Assembly: GCA_036000645.1 (NCBI GenBank)
Contig: DASYVA010000163.1
Span: 1-53,070 of the forward strand
DNA from: Candidatus Methylomirabilis sp.
GTDB lineage: Bacteria; Methylomirabilota; Methylomirabilia; Methylomirabilales; JACPAU01
Direction of reading: 5' to 3'
Length of the DNA stretch: 53,070 bases
Shown here: in pieces, positions 28,324 through 36,215 of the stretch
Numbering within the stretch: the stretch's first letter is position 1
Layout of the letters: each line of letters begins with the position of its first letter
Program-made: the position numbers and the translations under genes
The notes under the pieces: model-generated
Databases searched by the model: none
Told to the model about the DNA's origin: nothing
What the model saw: only the letters and a program-made list of their open reading frames with translations

Positions 28324-28806
28324 ATGCACGAAGGCCGCGAGATCGCGCGCGCGTTCCTGATCGAGAGCGAGGTGGACTACCGGATCGCCCAGCTCCTTTC
28401 CGGGACCGAGTACCACAGCCGCACGATTTATTTCATCCAGCAGGCCGTCGAAAAGATCGTCAAGGCTTGCCTCTCGCTGAAGAACATCCGGACCGTGGAT
28501 CACAACCTCTCGGCCCTCTTTGCCGCCGTCTATCAGGAGAACTTCAGCAACATGGACGACCTGGTCCGGGGGATCGACTCCCTGGAGCGGCACGGGGCGC
28601 GGGTCCGGTTCCCGCTCTTCCAGCGGCCCGATCTTCCCATCTGGATCCCGTCCCGCTCCTACACCGAGGGGGATGCCGGGCGGGCGATGCGGACGGGGGA
28701 GGTGGTGTACGGGAGCCTGAAGGGCTACCTGGATAAGGCGCTGGCCGACCCCGGGACCGCGGCCGAAGCGGCTTCCCCCCCGTCCACCCGCCTCCCGGAC
28801 CGGTGA
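28324..28806 (+). CDS. HEPN-domain protein
   Basis: FLIESEVDYRIAQLL...YFIQQAVEKIVKACL...IDSLERHGARVRFP shows a four-helix HEPN-like pattern. ATG 28324 has a GGGAGGGAG SD. Track start GTG 28306 is also possible. Confidence 0.6.
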   Translation: MHEGREIARAFLIESEVDYRIAQLLSGTEYHSRTIYFIQQAVEKIVKACLSLKNIRTVDHNLSALFAAVYQENFSNMDDLVRGIDSLERHGARVRFPLFQRPDLPIWIPSRSYTEGDAGRAMRTGEVVYGSLKGYLDKALADPGTAAEAASPPSTRLPDR

Positions 28807-28825
28807 TCCCCGGCGCGGCTCGCGG

Positions 28826-29848
28826 CTACCCAGGCCGGTCGGGCTGCCAGTGCTGGCCGAGGGCGAGGATGCGCTGGAGGAGGGCGTCGTAGGGGAGGCC
28901 CGCCTTCTCCGCCGATCGGGCGAAGTCGTCGCTGTGGGCGACCTCGGGGTTGGGGTTCGCCTCGAGGACATAGACCCGGCCGGTCGCGTCGAGCCGGACG
29001 TCGAGGCGGGCGTAGCCGCTGAGATTCAGGGCACGGTAGACGCGTTTGGCCAGGCGCTGGATGCGCTCCGGTAGTCCCTCGGCCAGCTCCCGGGCCGGGC
29101 CGGACTTGATGCCGTGTTTCTCCATGTACTTCGGGCTCCACTTGGCGTGCGCCGTCGCGATGCGCCGGACCTCCTCGGGCATCCCGTCCATGAACAGCTC
29201 CCACACCGGGAAGACCCGCAGCCGCAGATTGCCCAGCACCCCCACGTAGAGCTCCCGCCCCTCGATATAGCGCTCGGCGATGGCGTCGGTTCCGATGCGT
29301 TTGTGGACGAAGGCCACCCGCTCGCGCAGGCTCTCCTCGGTGTCCACCACCGACGCCTGGGAAATGCCGGTCGAGGCCTCCTCGGAGAGGGATTTCACGA
29401 TGAGCGGGAAGGCGAGCCGCTTGCGCCGCCTGACCGCGCGTCTCAGGGGGAAGACCGCGAACTCGGGGACGGGGATCCGGTGGTAGGACAGGACCTTCTT
29501 GGAGAGGGCCTTATCGCGGGCGAGCATGAGCCCCCGGGGGTTGCAACCGGTGTAGGGGAGCCGGAGCAGCTCGAGGTAGGCCACGACGTTCTGATCGTAG
29601 ACCGCCACGCCGTCGAATTCCTCCAGGAGGTTGAAGGCGATGTGCGGCTTCCATTCCTCGATGGCCTGACGGATGACCGCCAGGTCGCTCCCCACCCCCA
29701 CCGGCTTGGCCTCGTGGCCCATCTTGCGCAGGGTGGTGAGGACGTCAAATTCGGTCTTCCAGTTCACCGTGGCCAGGTCCGCCCCCGCGGGGTCGTCGGG
29801 CGGGACCAGCGCCTCGTGCATCAGGACCAGGACGCGAAGGGTCTTCAT
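28826..29848 (-). CDS. ATP-grasp ligase of the D-alanine--D-alanine ligase family
   Basis: MKTLRVLVLMHEALVPPDD...KALSKKVLSYHRIPVP...PLIVKSLSEEASTGIS...ERYIEGRELYVGVLGN...GYARLDVRL...VYVLEANPNP. Start ATG 29848 is in-frame within track ORF 28826..30334. Confidence 0.85.
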   Translation of the reverse strand: MKTLRVLVLMHEALVPPDDPAGADLATVNWKTEFDVLTTLRKMGHEAKPVGVGSDLAVIRQAIEEWKPHIAFNLLEEFDGVAVYDQNVVAYLELLRLPYTGCNPRGLMLARDKALSKKVLSYHRIPVPEFAVFPLRRAVRRRKRLAFPLIVKSLSEEASTGISQASVVDTEESLRERVAFVHKRIGTDAIAERYIEGRELYVGVLGNLRLRVFPVWELFMDGMPEEVRRIATAHAKWSPKYMEKHGIKSGPARELAEGLPERIQRLAKRVYRALNLSGYARLDVRLDATGRVYVLEANPNPEVAHSDDFARSAEKAGLPYDALLQRILALGQHWQPDRPG

Positions 29849-30135
29849 AGGGCGACCCGGTGGCGGCCGCTGTGGAGGTAGTTCATCGTCTGGACGGTCA
29901 GGAGGATCGTGAAATCGAGCTTGGCCTGCTCCTCGGGCCCGGCGAGCCGCAGGCTGAGCTCCCGGCAGCGCGCGATGATGTCCTCCAGGACCTGGTCGAT
30001 GGTGTACTGGTACTCTCCCGTCCAGCCGGCGACCTTGCGCCGGACCTCCTTGCGGATGCGGCGGAGAAAGGAGGCCGCCGTCTGATTGTTGCCGAAGGCC
30101 GGCGCGTCGGAGAACAGCCGCCGGAGATCCCGGTC
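29845..30135 (-). pseudogene. in-frame continuation (96 sense codons) of the metallopeptidase reading frame beyond its TAA
   Basis: Same frame as 30136..30990. Strong G/C third-position bias. No ATG/GTG/TTG before codon 84. Ends in TGA overlapping the ATP-grasp ATG (ATGA). Confidence 0.5.
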
Positions 30136-30990
30136 TTAGAAGTCGGGGTAGGCGAGGCCGTAGCGCTTCCGCTTCTCGGTGTAGTGCTCGCGCAGGGTCT
30201 TCCGGAGGCGGGGGAGAGGATCGACGCGCGCCTGGGGCCGCACCACGGGCTTGCGGGCGGCGATCTCCCGCATGGCCTCGTCCATGTACTCCAGCTTCCG
30301 CAGGGCAGGCCAGTCGGCGTACCGCTCCCGCCACATGGAGTTAGGGGTGAGCCACACCGCGAAGGTCTCGGCGAAGTCCTCATCCGGGTGGCTTTGCGCG
30401 TACCAGGTATCCAGGTGGAGGACGAAGCTCTTGCTGTACGGTCTGGGCGTGTAGTACTCGGGGTAGCGCTGGGAAGACCTGCCGAAGACCTCCTGCCGGC
30501 GCCGCTTACGGCGCAGCCGATAGGCGTTGTCGATGGCGTGCCCGGTCTCGTGGCGGAGGATCTGCATGCACCATTCGGGAGTCCCCCCCTCGATCTCGAG
30601 GATCTGGTTGAGCTCGAGCCGCGCCAGCCGGGGGTGGGCCAGGTAGAACGGGAGGGCGACCCCGGGAACCCCGTCGGGGCTGAACCAGTCGTCCGAGAGC
30701 CAGAAATGGGGCCGGAAGCTGAGCCCCCGGTCCTCGAGCTCCCGGGAGAGCTGGGCGATCCGCGCTTCGAGCTCGGACCCCTCGATCTGGAGGGGCAGAT
30801 CGCACATCCGGAGGTCGAGGAGCTTCTCATCCGGCCAGTCGGCCCAACCATCCTCCGGGGGAGGGGCGCGGCGGGGGCCGCCCGCCCGACGTTGCGCAAG
30901 CGATTTCATCCCTCTCCCATCGGCACGCCTCCCGGCTGCAGTGCGCTCCGGGGTCGGCGGCTTGTTCGTGGTGGCTTCTGGGCGGACCAT
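30136..30990 (-). CDS. putative zinc-binding metallopeptidase (HExxH; Peptidase_Mx-like), ending at an in-frame TAA
   Basis: ILRHETGHAIDN zinc motif and DEDFAETFAVWL. Alternative start is ATG 30909 (MKSLAQRR). Confidence 0.7.
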   Translation of the reverse strand: MVRPEATTNKPPTPERTAAGRRADGRGMKSLAQRRAGGPRRAPPPEDGWADWPDEKLLDLRMCDLPLQIEGSELEARIAQLSRELEDRGLSFRPHFWLSDDWFSPDGVPGVALPFYLAHPRLARLELNQILEIEGGTPEWCMQILRHETGHAIDNAYRLRRKRRRQEVFGRSSQRYPEYYTPRPYSKSFVLHLDTWYAQSHPDEDFAETFAVWLTPNSMWRERYADWPALRKLEYMDEAMREIAARKPVVRPQARVDPLPRLRKTLREHYTEKRKRYGLAYPDF

Positions 30991-31031
30991 CTTCTCGCCG
31001 CCTTCCCGGTGGTAGCACGCTCGGGAGACAT

Positions 31032-31061
31032 AGTATACCCGCCCGAGGAGGCGGCGGACAA
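31032..31061 (-). promoter_or_regulatory. promoter candidate TTGTCC-N18-TATACT (metallopeptidase/ATP-grasp operon)
   Basis: The reverse complement of 31021-31070 reads ggTTGTCCgccgcctcctcgggcgggTATACTatg. Confidence 0.35.
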
Positions 31062-31272
31062 CCTCGCGAGCGACGGCGAGTTGGCGGATGTCTCCGGGCG
31101 GCGGGCGAACGCCCCGGCCCTCGTTGTCCTGTAGACACGAACGCCCCTGGGGGGATACATTCCCTCGGAGGCGTGCGGCTTTCAGCGAAGGAGCCTATGG
31201 AGGGGAGACGCAGGACGGCGCCGGTGAGGTTCGATCCGCGACAAGAGGCTCGCGAGGGGAAGCCGGATCGCG

Positions 31273-31360
31273 TGGTGCCGAAGGGGGGATTTGAACCCCC
31301 ACGGGCTTGCGCCCACATGACCCTGAATCATGCGCGTCTGCCATGTTCCGCCACTTCGGC
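31273..31360 (-). tRNA. tRNA-Leu (anticodon CAG), type II with long variable arm, encoded CCA
   Basis: Reverse complement is GCCGAAGTGGCGGAACATGGCAGACGCGCATGATTCAGGGTCATGTGGGCGCAAGCCCGTGGGGGTTCAAATCCCCCCTTCGGCACCA. Acceptor stem is GCCGAAG/CTTCGGC. Anticodon stem is CATGA/TCATG with loop TTCAGGG. T arm is GGGGG-TTCAAAT-CCCCC. Confidence 0.9.
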
Positions 31361-31389
31361 CCGGCGCGGCAGAAAAGAGTGATCGTCTA

Positions 31390-31418
31390 TTTGTAGAAGC
31401 GCTTCGGCGAAAAGTCAA
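31390..31418 (-). promoter_or_regulatory. promoter candidate TTGACT-N17-TACAAA, about 29 nt upstream of the tRNA-Leu 5' end
   Basis: The reverse complement reads TTGACTtttcgccgaagcgcttcTACAAA. Confidence 0.35.
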
Positions 31419-31426
31419 GAACCGAG

Positions 31427-32224
31427 ATGGCTGACCGACCCATCATCACGCTCCTGACCGACTTCGGGACCGCCGACGCCTTCGTGGGGGTGATGAAAGG
31501 GGTCATCCTGGGGATCGCGCCCCACGTACATCTCGTTGACCTGACGCACGAGGTCCCGCCCCAGGCGGTGGCGGTCGCGGCCTTCCTCCTGGAGACCGCC
31601 TGGCGGGAGTTTCCCCAGGGGACCATCCACCTGGTGGTCGTGGACCCGGGCGTGGGGAGCAGCCGGCGCCCGCTGGCCGCCGAGGGACGGCACGGCCGCT
31701 TCGTCGTCCCGGATAACGGAGTGCTGACCCCCGTCTTGGAGGCGGGGGAAGTGACCGCGCTGCACGCCCTCACCCGGGCCGAGTTCTTCCGACGGCCGGT
31801 CAGCCGCACCTTCCACGGCCGGGATGTCTTCGCCCCGGTCTCGGCGCACCTGGCCAATGGCGTCTCCGTTGCCGCGCTGGGTCCTCCGGTCAGCGATCCG
31901 GTCCGCCTCGACCTCCCGCGCCCCGAGCCCCTCCCGGACGGCGGGACGGCCGGCCGGGTTCTCCACGTGGACCGGTTCGGCAACCTCATCACGAACCTCC
32001 CGCAGGCCCTGTTCGACCCCGACCGCGGGGTGCCGGTGGTGACGGTGGGTGGCCAGCGCATCCGGGGTCTGGCCGACTCCTACGCGGCGGCCCCAGCCGG
32101 TCACCCCGGGGCGATTGTGGGGAGCGCCGGCACGCTGGAGATCTTCCTGCCCGGCGGCAGTGCGGCCGCCGCGCTCGACGTTGCGCGCGGTGCCAGCGTG
32201 ACCGTGACCTTCACCCGGGGGTGA
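31427..32224 (+). CDS. SAM hydroxide adenosyltransferase family protein (DUF62)
   Basis: IITLLTDFGTADAFVGVMKGVI...VVVDPGVGSSRR...VPDNGVL...FHGRDVFAPV...VDRFGNLITN is the canonical DUF62 pattern. Confidence 0.85.
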   Translation: MADRPIITLLTDFGTADAFVGVMKGVILGIAPHVHLVDLTHEVPPQAVAVAAFLLETAWREFPQGTIHLVVVDPGVGSSRRPLAAEGRHGRFVVPDNGVLTPVLEAGEVTALHALTRAEFFRRPVSRTFHGRDVFAPVSAHLANGVSVAALGPPVSDPVRLDLPRPEPLPDGGTAGRVLHVDRFGNLITNLPQALFDPDRGVPVVTVGGQRIRGLADSYAAAPAGHPGAIVGSAGTLEIFLPGGSAAAALDVARGASVTVTFTRG

Positions 32225-32293
32225 GATGCGCGATCCCGCTTGCCCTGGGCTTGGGCTCGCGGTGGATGGAGCAGTGTGAGGGGGGAGGGGAGC

Positions 32294-32608
32294 ATGCCCG
32301 AGGAGGCGAAGGCGGCGGAAGGGGCGGGCGGGCCGCAGGATGCCGCGGCAATGGAGTTCGGTCATTTTATCGTCATGCTGGCCAGTACCGCCCTCATCCA
32401 CTTGGGCGAGATGACCGATCCCACGGCGCGGGGCATCGAGAGGGACCCAGAGCAGGCCCGCCGGACGATCGACATCCTCGCGATGCTCCAGGCCAAGACA
32501 CAGGGGAACCTCACCCCGGAGGAGACCGCCATCCTGGAACGGATCCTGCATGATCTCCGGATGCGCTACCTGAAAGCCATCGGATACATGAAAGGGCCTT
32601 TTCCATGA
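32294..32608 (+). CDS. DUF1844-domain protein
   Basis: FGHFIVMLASTALIHLGE...DPEQARRTIDILAMLQAKTQGNLTPEE. ATG 32294 follows GGGGGAGGGGAG. Confidence 0.7.
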   Translation: MPEEAKAAEGAGGPQDAAAMEFGHFIVMLASTALIHLGEMTDPTARGIERDPEQARRTIDILAMLQAKTQGNLTPEETAILERILHDLRMRYLKAIGYMKGPFP

Positions 32609-32632
32609 GTTCCCTCTTCTGCCCGGGCGCCG

Positions 32633-32661
32633 TTGACTTCCCGCCACCCGGGTGGTAGAGG
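32633..32661 (+). promoter_or_regulatory. promoter candidate TTGACT-N17-TAGAGG with TGn extension (TPR membrane protein gene)
   Basis: Read directly. The -35 TTG is the start codon proposed by the ORF track. Confidence 0.3.
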
Positions 32662-32740
32662 AGTGGCGTCGCGGACCCGGCGTGAAAACGCCAGCCCCAC
32701 GGGAAGGGGCGGGCGCCCGCGACGGAGAGTCGTCAAAGGG

Positions 32741-34945
32741 ATGACTCCTCAGCCCAGGCCGTCCGCCCCCGGAGGCCCGGGGGGCCCCGGCCCCGGGGGC
32801 TGGCGCTCTCCCCTTTCCGCCGGGCGCCTCACCCTTCGCTTCCTTCTCGTCCTGCTTGCCCTCCCCCTTTCCGGCGTGCTCCTCGGGGCTGCCCCGGTTG
32901 CCGCCGCCCCGCTCGCCTCCGAGGAGGTCCTGGACGCGGCCCGGGCCTTCGCGCGCGTGTTCGACGGGGTCCCCGCCCTGGCGGCGCGGACCCGCGGGGA
33001 GGCGGGGGCCGTCCCGCCCGAAGCCCTGCTCCCCGCGCGCGAGCACCTGCGGGCCGTCGAGCGGGCGGAAGGGCAGAACCCGTTCCTGTGGGTCGCCTGG
33101 GGAATCGTCGCCGCCGGGAGTCAGGACCCCGCGGGGGCGTCCCGGGCCTACCGGCGGGCCTCGGATCTGGCCGGGAACGACCTGGCCGTCCGCTGGCGCC
33201 TCGTGAAGGTGTTCCAGGCCCTGGACCGCCACGAGGAGGCGCAGCAGGAGCTGCAGCGCCTCCGCCTGCTCCGCCTCCACCTCGGGCTGGACCGGCTCAG
33301 CTTCGTTGCGCAGGAGCTGACGCAAGCGGCCCGCGCTCTCACCGCCGCGGGGGAGAAGGAGGCGGCGGAGCAAACCCTCGCCCTGGCGGCGGAGTTCGAC
33401 CCGGTGTCCCCCGAGGTCCACCTGGCACGGGCGGGCCTCTTCGTGCGGCGGGGACGCCTCCTCGACCCCGTGTTCCTGCGCACGATCGGCGGGGCCCTCC
33501 GGGGGTTCTACGCCGACCTCCCGGTCCGCTACGCGATTGCCGTGAACGGCCTCGCGGCCCTGCTCACCGCCCTGCCCCTCGCGCTTCTCCTCATGGCCGC
33601 CGTGCTGGCGATCCGGACCTTTCCCCTCCTGCATCACGACGTCACGGAGGTGACCCGCTTCCGCCTCTCCGCGGAGGCCCAGCGCGCGGCCGCCCTCGTG
33701 CTCCTGCTCCTCCCCCTCCTCCTCGGCCTGGGGGCCCTCTGGTTCTCCTGCTTCGCCCTGGTGCTGCTGGCGGCCTACCTCCGCGGCCGGGAGCGGATCG
33801 TCGCTTCCGTCGCTCTGCTCCTCACCGCCCTCATGCCAGACGGTGCCAGCGGACTGGCCCTCCTGTACGACGCCACCACCTCTCCCCGGGTGGCCGCCCT
33901 CATGGAGATCGAGCGGGGTGGGCGGAGCCGGGGCCTGCTGACGGCGGTCACCCGGTGGGCGGCCCAGGAGCCGGCCGAGGTCCTCCCCCTCCTGGCCCAG
34001 GGGCTCATTTACCGCCGGCGAGGAGAGTTGGAGGAGGCGCGCACCACCTACCAGCGGGTGCTGGCGCTCGCCCCGTCCCTCCCGGCGGCGCACGTGAACC
34101 TGGGGAACATCGCCTTCCTGCAGGGCGAGCCGGATCGCGCCCGCCAGGCCTACGAGCGGGCGTTGGCGTTCCGCCCGGATGACCCCATCGCCCTCTTCAA
34201 CCTGAGCCAGTTCCAGACGGAGCGACTCGAGGTGGAGCGCGCGAAGGCGAGCTACGAGGCCGCCGTGGCGCGGCGCCCTGCGCTGGCGGGGCGGCTGGCG
34301 GTCGCCACCCAGGCCGGGGCGAATCGGGTCCTGGTGGACGCTCCCGTTCCGGTCGAGGAGCTCTGGCGGGTGGCCGTGGCCGGCTCGCGGGACACCGAGG
34401 CGCTGGCCGGCGCCCTCTGGGGGGGGCGCCTCCCCTACGTCCCGTTCACGGCGGCGCCGTGGGTCCTCGGCGGGGCGGCGCTCCTCGTCTGGCTCGTGGC
34501 GTTCGTGCAGGGGGCGCGCGGGCATGCGCTCCCCTGCGAGAAGTGCGGGAGACCCTTCTGCCCGAAGTGCCAGCGCTTCTTCAAGGAGGGGCGGCTCTGT
34601 GCTCGATGCGCCGCCGCCTTCAAGCGGGAGGGGGTCGGGGAGACCACCAAGACGTTGCGGGTCCGGGAACACGAGGCGCATCTCGCGCGCGGGCGCCGCT
34701 TCGCGTTCGTCCTCTCCCTGCTCTTTCCCGGCGCCGGGCACCTGTACACCGGGTCCGCCGTGGTGGGCTTCCTTCTGCTGCTCGCGGCCCTCTGGGCGGC
34801 CTTCCAGGGTCTGCTGCTCCCCTGGGCCCTGCCCGTCCTGCACCTCCCCCAGCCGGCGGAGGACCTCTTCGCTCTGGCCGGCGGCCTCGTGGTCCTGGCC
34901 TGCTATGGCTGGTCGATTCGGGCCCGGAAGAAAGGGACCGCCTGA
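32741..34945 (+). CDS. polytopic membrane protein with TPR repeats and a Cys-rich zinc-ribbon-like segment
   Basis: TPR-like AxxxYxxAL repeats (e.g. EEARTTYQRVLALAPSLPAAHVNLGNIAF, ARQAYERALAFRPDDP), several TM blocks, and CEKCGRPFCPKCQRFFKEGRLCARC. Start is uncertain; ATG 32741 is preferred over TTG 32633. Confidence 0.65.
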   Translation: MTPQPRPSAPGGPGGPGPGGWRSPLSAGRLTLRFLLVLLALPLSGVLLGAAPVAAAPLASEEVLDAARAFARVFDGVPALAARTRGEAGAVPPEALLPAREHLRAVERAEGQNPFLWVAWGIVAAGSQDPAGASRAYRRASDLAGNDLAVRWRLVKVFQALDRHEEAQQELQRLRLLRLHLGLDRLSFVAQELTQAARALTAAGEKEAAEQTLALAAEFDPVSPEVHLARAGLFVRRGRLLDPVFLRTIGGALRGFYADLPVRYAIAVNGLAALLTALPLALLLMAAVLAIRTFPLLHHDVTEVTRFRLSAEAQRAAALVLLLLPLLLGLGALWFSCFALVLLAAYLRGRERIVASVALLLTALMPDGASGLALLYDATTSPRVAALMEIERGGRSRGLLTAVTRWAAQEPAEVLPLLAQGLIYRRRGELEEARTTYQRVLALAPSLPAAHVNLGNIAFLQGEPDRARQAYERALAFRPDDPIALFNLSQFQTERLEVERAKASYEAAVARRPALAGRLAVATQAGANRVLVDAPVPVEELWRVAVAGSRDTEALAGALWGGRLPYVPFTAAPWVLGGAALLVWLVAFVQGARGHALPCEKCGRPFCPKCQRFFKEGRLCARCAAAFKREGVGETTKTLRVREHEAHLARGRRFAFVLSLLFPGAGHLYTGSAVVGFLLLLAALWAAFQGLLLPWALPVLHLPQPAEDLFALAGGLVVLACYGWSIRARKKGTA

Positions 34946-36072
34946 TGGCTCTGGAAGGAACCCTCAAGGATTTCAACCTGCCGGACATCTTCCAGCTCAT
35001 CGGCTACCAGAAGAAGACCGGGCTCCTGGCCCTGAGCCGAGAGACGGAGCACGTGACGGTGAGCCTGGTGGACGGGATGGTGGTCTGGGCCAGCCCGGGT
35101 GAGGAAGCCTTCGACGAGCTGGTTGGCCGGGCGCTGGCGAAGGGCGGGCTGATCAGCCAGACGCTGGTCGAGGAGCTGACCCGGAAGCGGCGGGAGACCC
35201 AGCAGGGCCTGGTGTACCTCCTGCTGAAGCAGGGGGACGTCCCGCCGCTGGAGCTGCAGCGGGTCGTGGAAACCAAGGTGCGCGAGGTGCTGTACCGGGT
35301 CTTCCGGTGGCGGGACGGGCGCTACCAGTTCACGGCGCTGCCCACGGTGGACCTGAGCCAGGGCCGAATCGACCCGATCAGCGCGGAGAACCTCCTGCTG
35401 GAGGCCATCCGCCAGATGGATGAGTGGCCCCTCATCCAGCGCCACCTCCCCTCCATGGAGTCCACGGTCCGAAAGGACGAGGAGCGGCTCGGCGCGCTGG
35501 AGGTGGACAAGCTCACGCCGGGCGAGCGGCTGGTCCTGGAGCTGGTGGACGGGAAGGCCACGGCGCGCGACATCGCCGAGGTGAGCGGCCTCGGGGAATT
35601 CGACACCGCCAAGGCCATCGCCGACCTCATCGCCGATGGCGCGCTGGCGCTCGCGGCGGGGGGGTCCGCGGAGCGGGAGACTGTGCAGGCCACCCGGGCT
35701 CCGCGGGAAACCCCCGCCTGGCTCTTCCGGGGCCTGGTGGTGGGCATCCTGGCCGCGGCCTTCTTCGCCCAGGTCGGCCTCTGGCAGCACGACCCGCTCC
35801 TCCTCCTCCCGGCGGCAGGGAAGGGGGAGGCCGGGTGGGAGCTCCTGCGCCAACACAAGCTCCAGGCCGACCTCCGGGAGGTGGAGGGAAGGATCCATCT
35901 CTACCTGCTCACCACCGGTCGCCTGCCGGCCCGCCTGGAGGCGCTGGTCGAGGGCGGGTACCTTGCGGCCCGCCAGCTCCGCGATCCCTGGGGCCAGCCC
36001 CTGCGGTACCAGGTGCAGGGCCTGGAGTATCGGCTCGAGGGGAGCCGCCCCCTCCGGCCGTCCCCGCAGTAG
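34945..36072 (+). CDS. DUF4388 (PatA-N/PATAN-like) domain protein with TM segment and GspG-like C-terminal tail
   Basis: MALEGTLKDFNLPDIFQLIGYQKKTGLL is the DUF4388 signature. The C-terminal DPWGQPLRYQ resembles a pseudopilin tail. TGATG overlap with the upstream gene. Confidence 0.7.
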   Translation: MALEGTLKDFNLPDIFQLIGYQKKTGLLALSRETEHVTVSLVDGMVVWASPGEEAFDELVGRALAKGGLISQTLVEELTRKRRETQQGLVYLLLKQGDVPPLELQRVVETKVREVLYRVFRWRDGRYQFTALPTVDLSQGRIDPISAENLLLEAIRQMDEWPLIQRHLPSMESTVRKDEERLGALEVDKLTPGERLVLELVDGKATARDIAEVSGLGEFDTAKAIADLIADGALALAAGGSAERETVQATRAPRETPAWLFRGLVVGILAAAFFAQVGLWQHDPLLLLPAAGKGEAGWELLRQHKLQADLREVEGRIHLYLLTTGRLPARLEALVEGGYLAARQLRDPWGQPLRYQVQGLEYRLEGSRPLRPSPQ

Positions 36073-36147
36073 GGTCCCCGCGGCGTCCCGCGCGCTCCCG
36101 AATCCCGACGGTCCACCCCCCAATCCCTCGTTCCACCCGCCGCTCCG

Positions 36148-36177
36148 TTGACACCCTCTCGAAGCGTGTGGTACGGT
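36148..36177 (+). promoter_or_regulatory. promoter candidate TTGACA-N18-TACGGT with TGn extension (htrA)
   Basis: Read directly. The 38-nt leader has an AAGGAG SD. Confidence 0.4.
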
Positions 36178-36215
36178 GAAATCCTCGTCTCGCGTAGAGA
36201 GCAAGGAGTGCGGGC

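Noticed and set aside
30906-31160. 84-aa minus-strand ORF whose ATG directly abuts the TATACT -10 candidate
   Set aside because: The start is too close to the -10 to be transcribed from it. The ORF is out of frame with, and overlaps, the metallopeptidase 5' region, and its composition is low complexity.
31228-31237. GGTTCGATCC T-loop-like sequence near tRNA-Leu, a possible second tRNA, tmRNA or attachment-site remnant
   Set aside because: No flanking T-stem, acceptor stem or CCA could be folded. I found no repeat of the tRNA-Leu 3' end elsewhere in the window, and there is no integrase.
31415-34843. 1142-aa ORF on the minus strand, antisense to the DUF62, DUF1844 and TPR genes
   Set aside because: The translation is a low-complexity R/G/P/E/A-rich string with no recognisable motifs. 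It lies opposite well-supported genes. This is the typical stop-codon-poor antisense frame of high-GC DNA.
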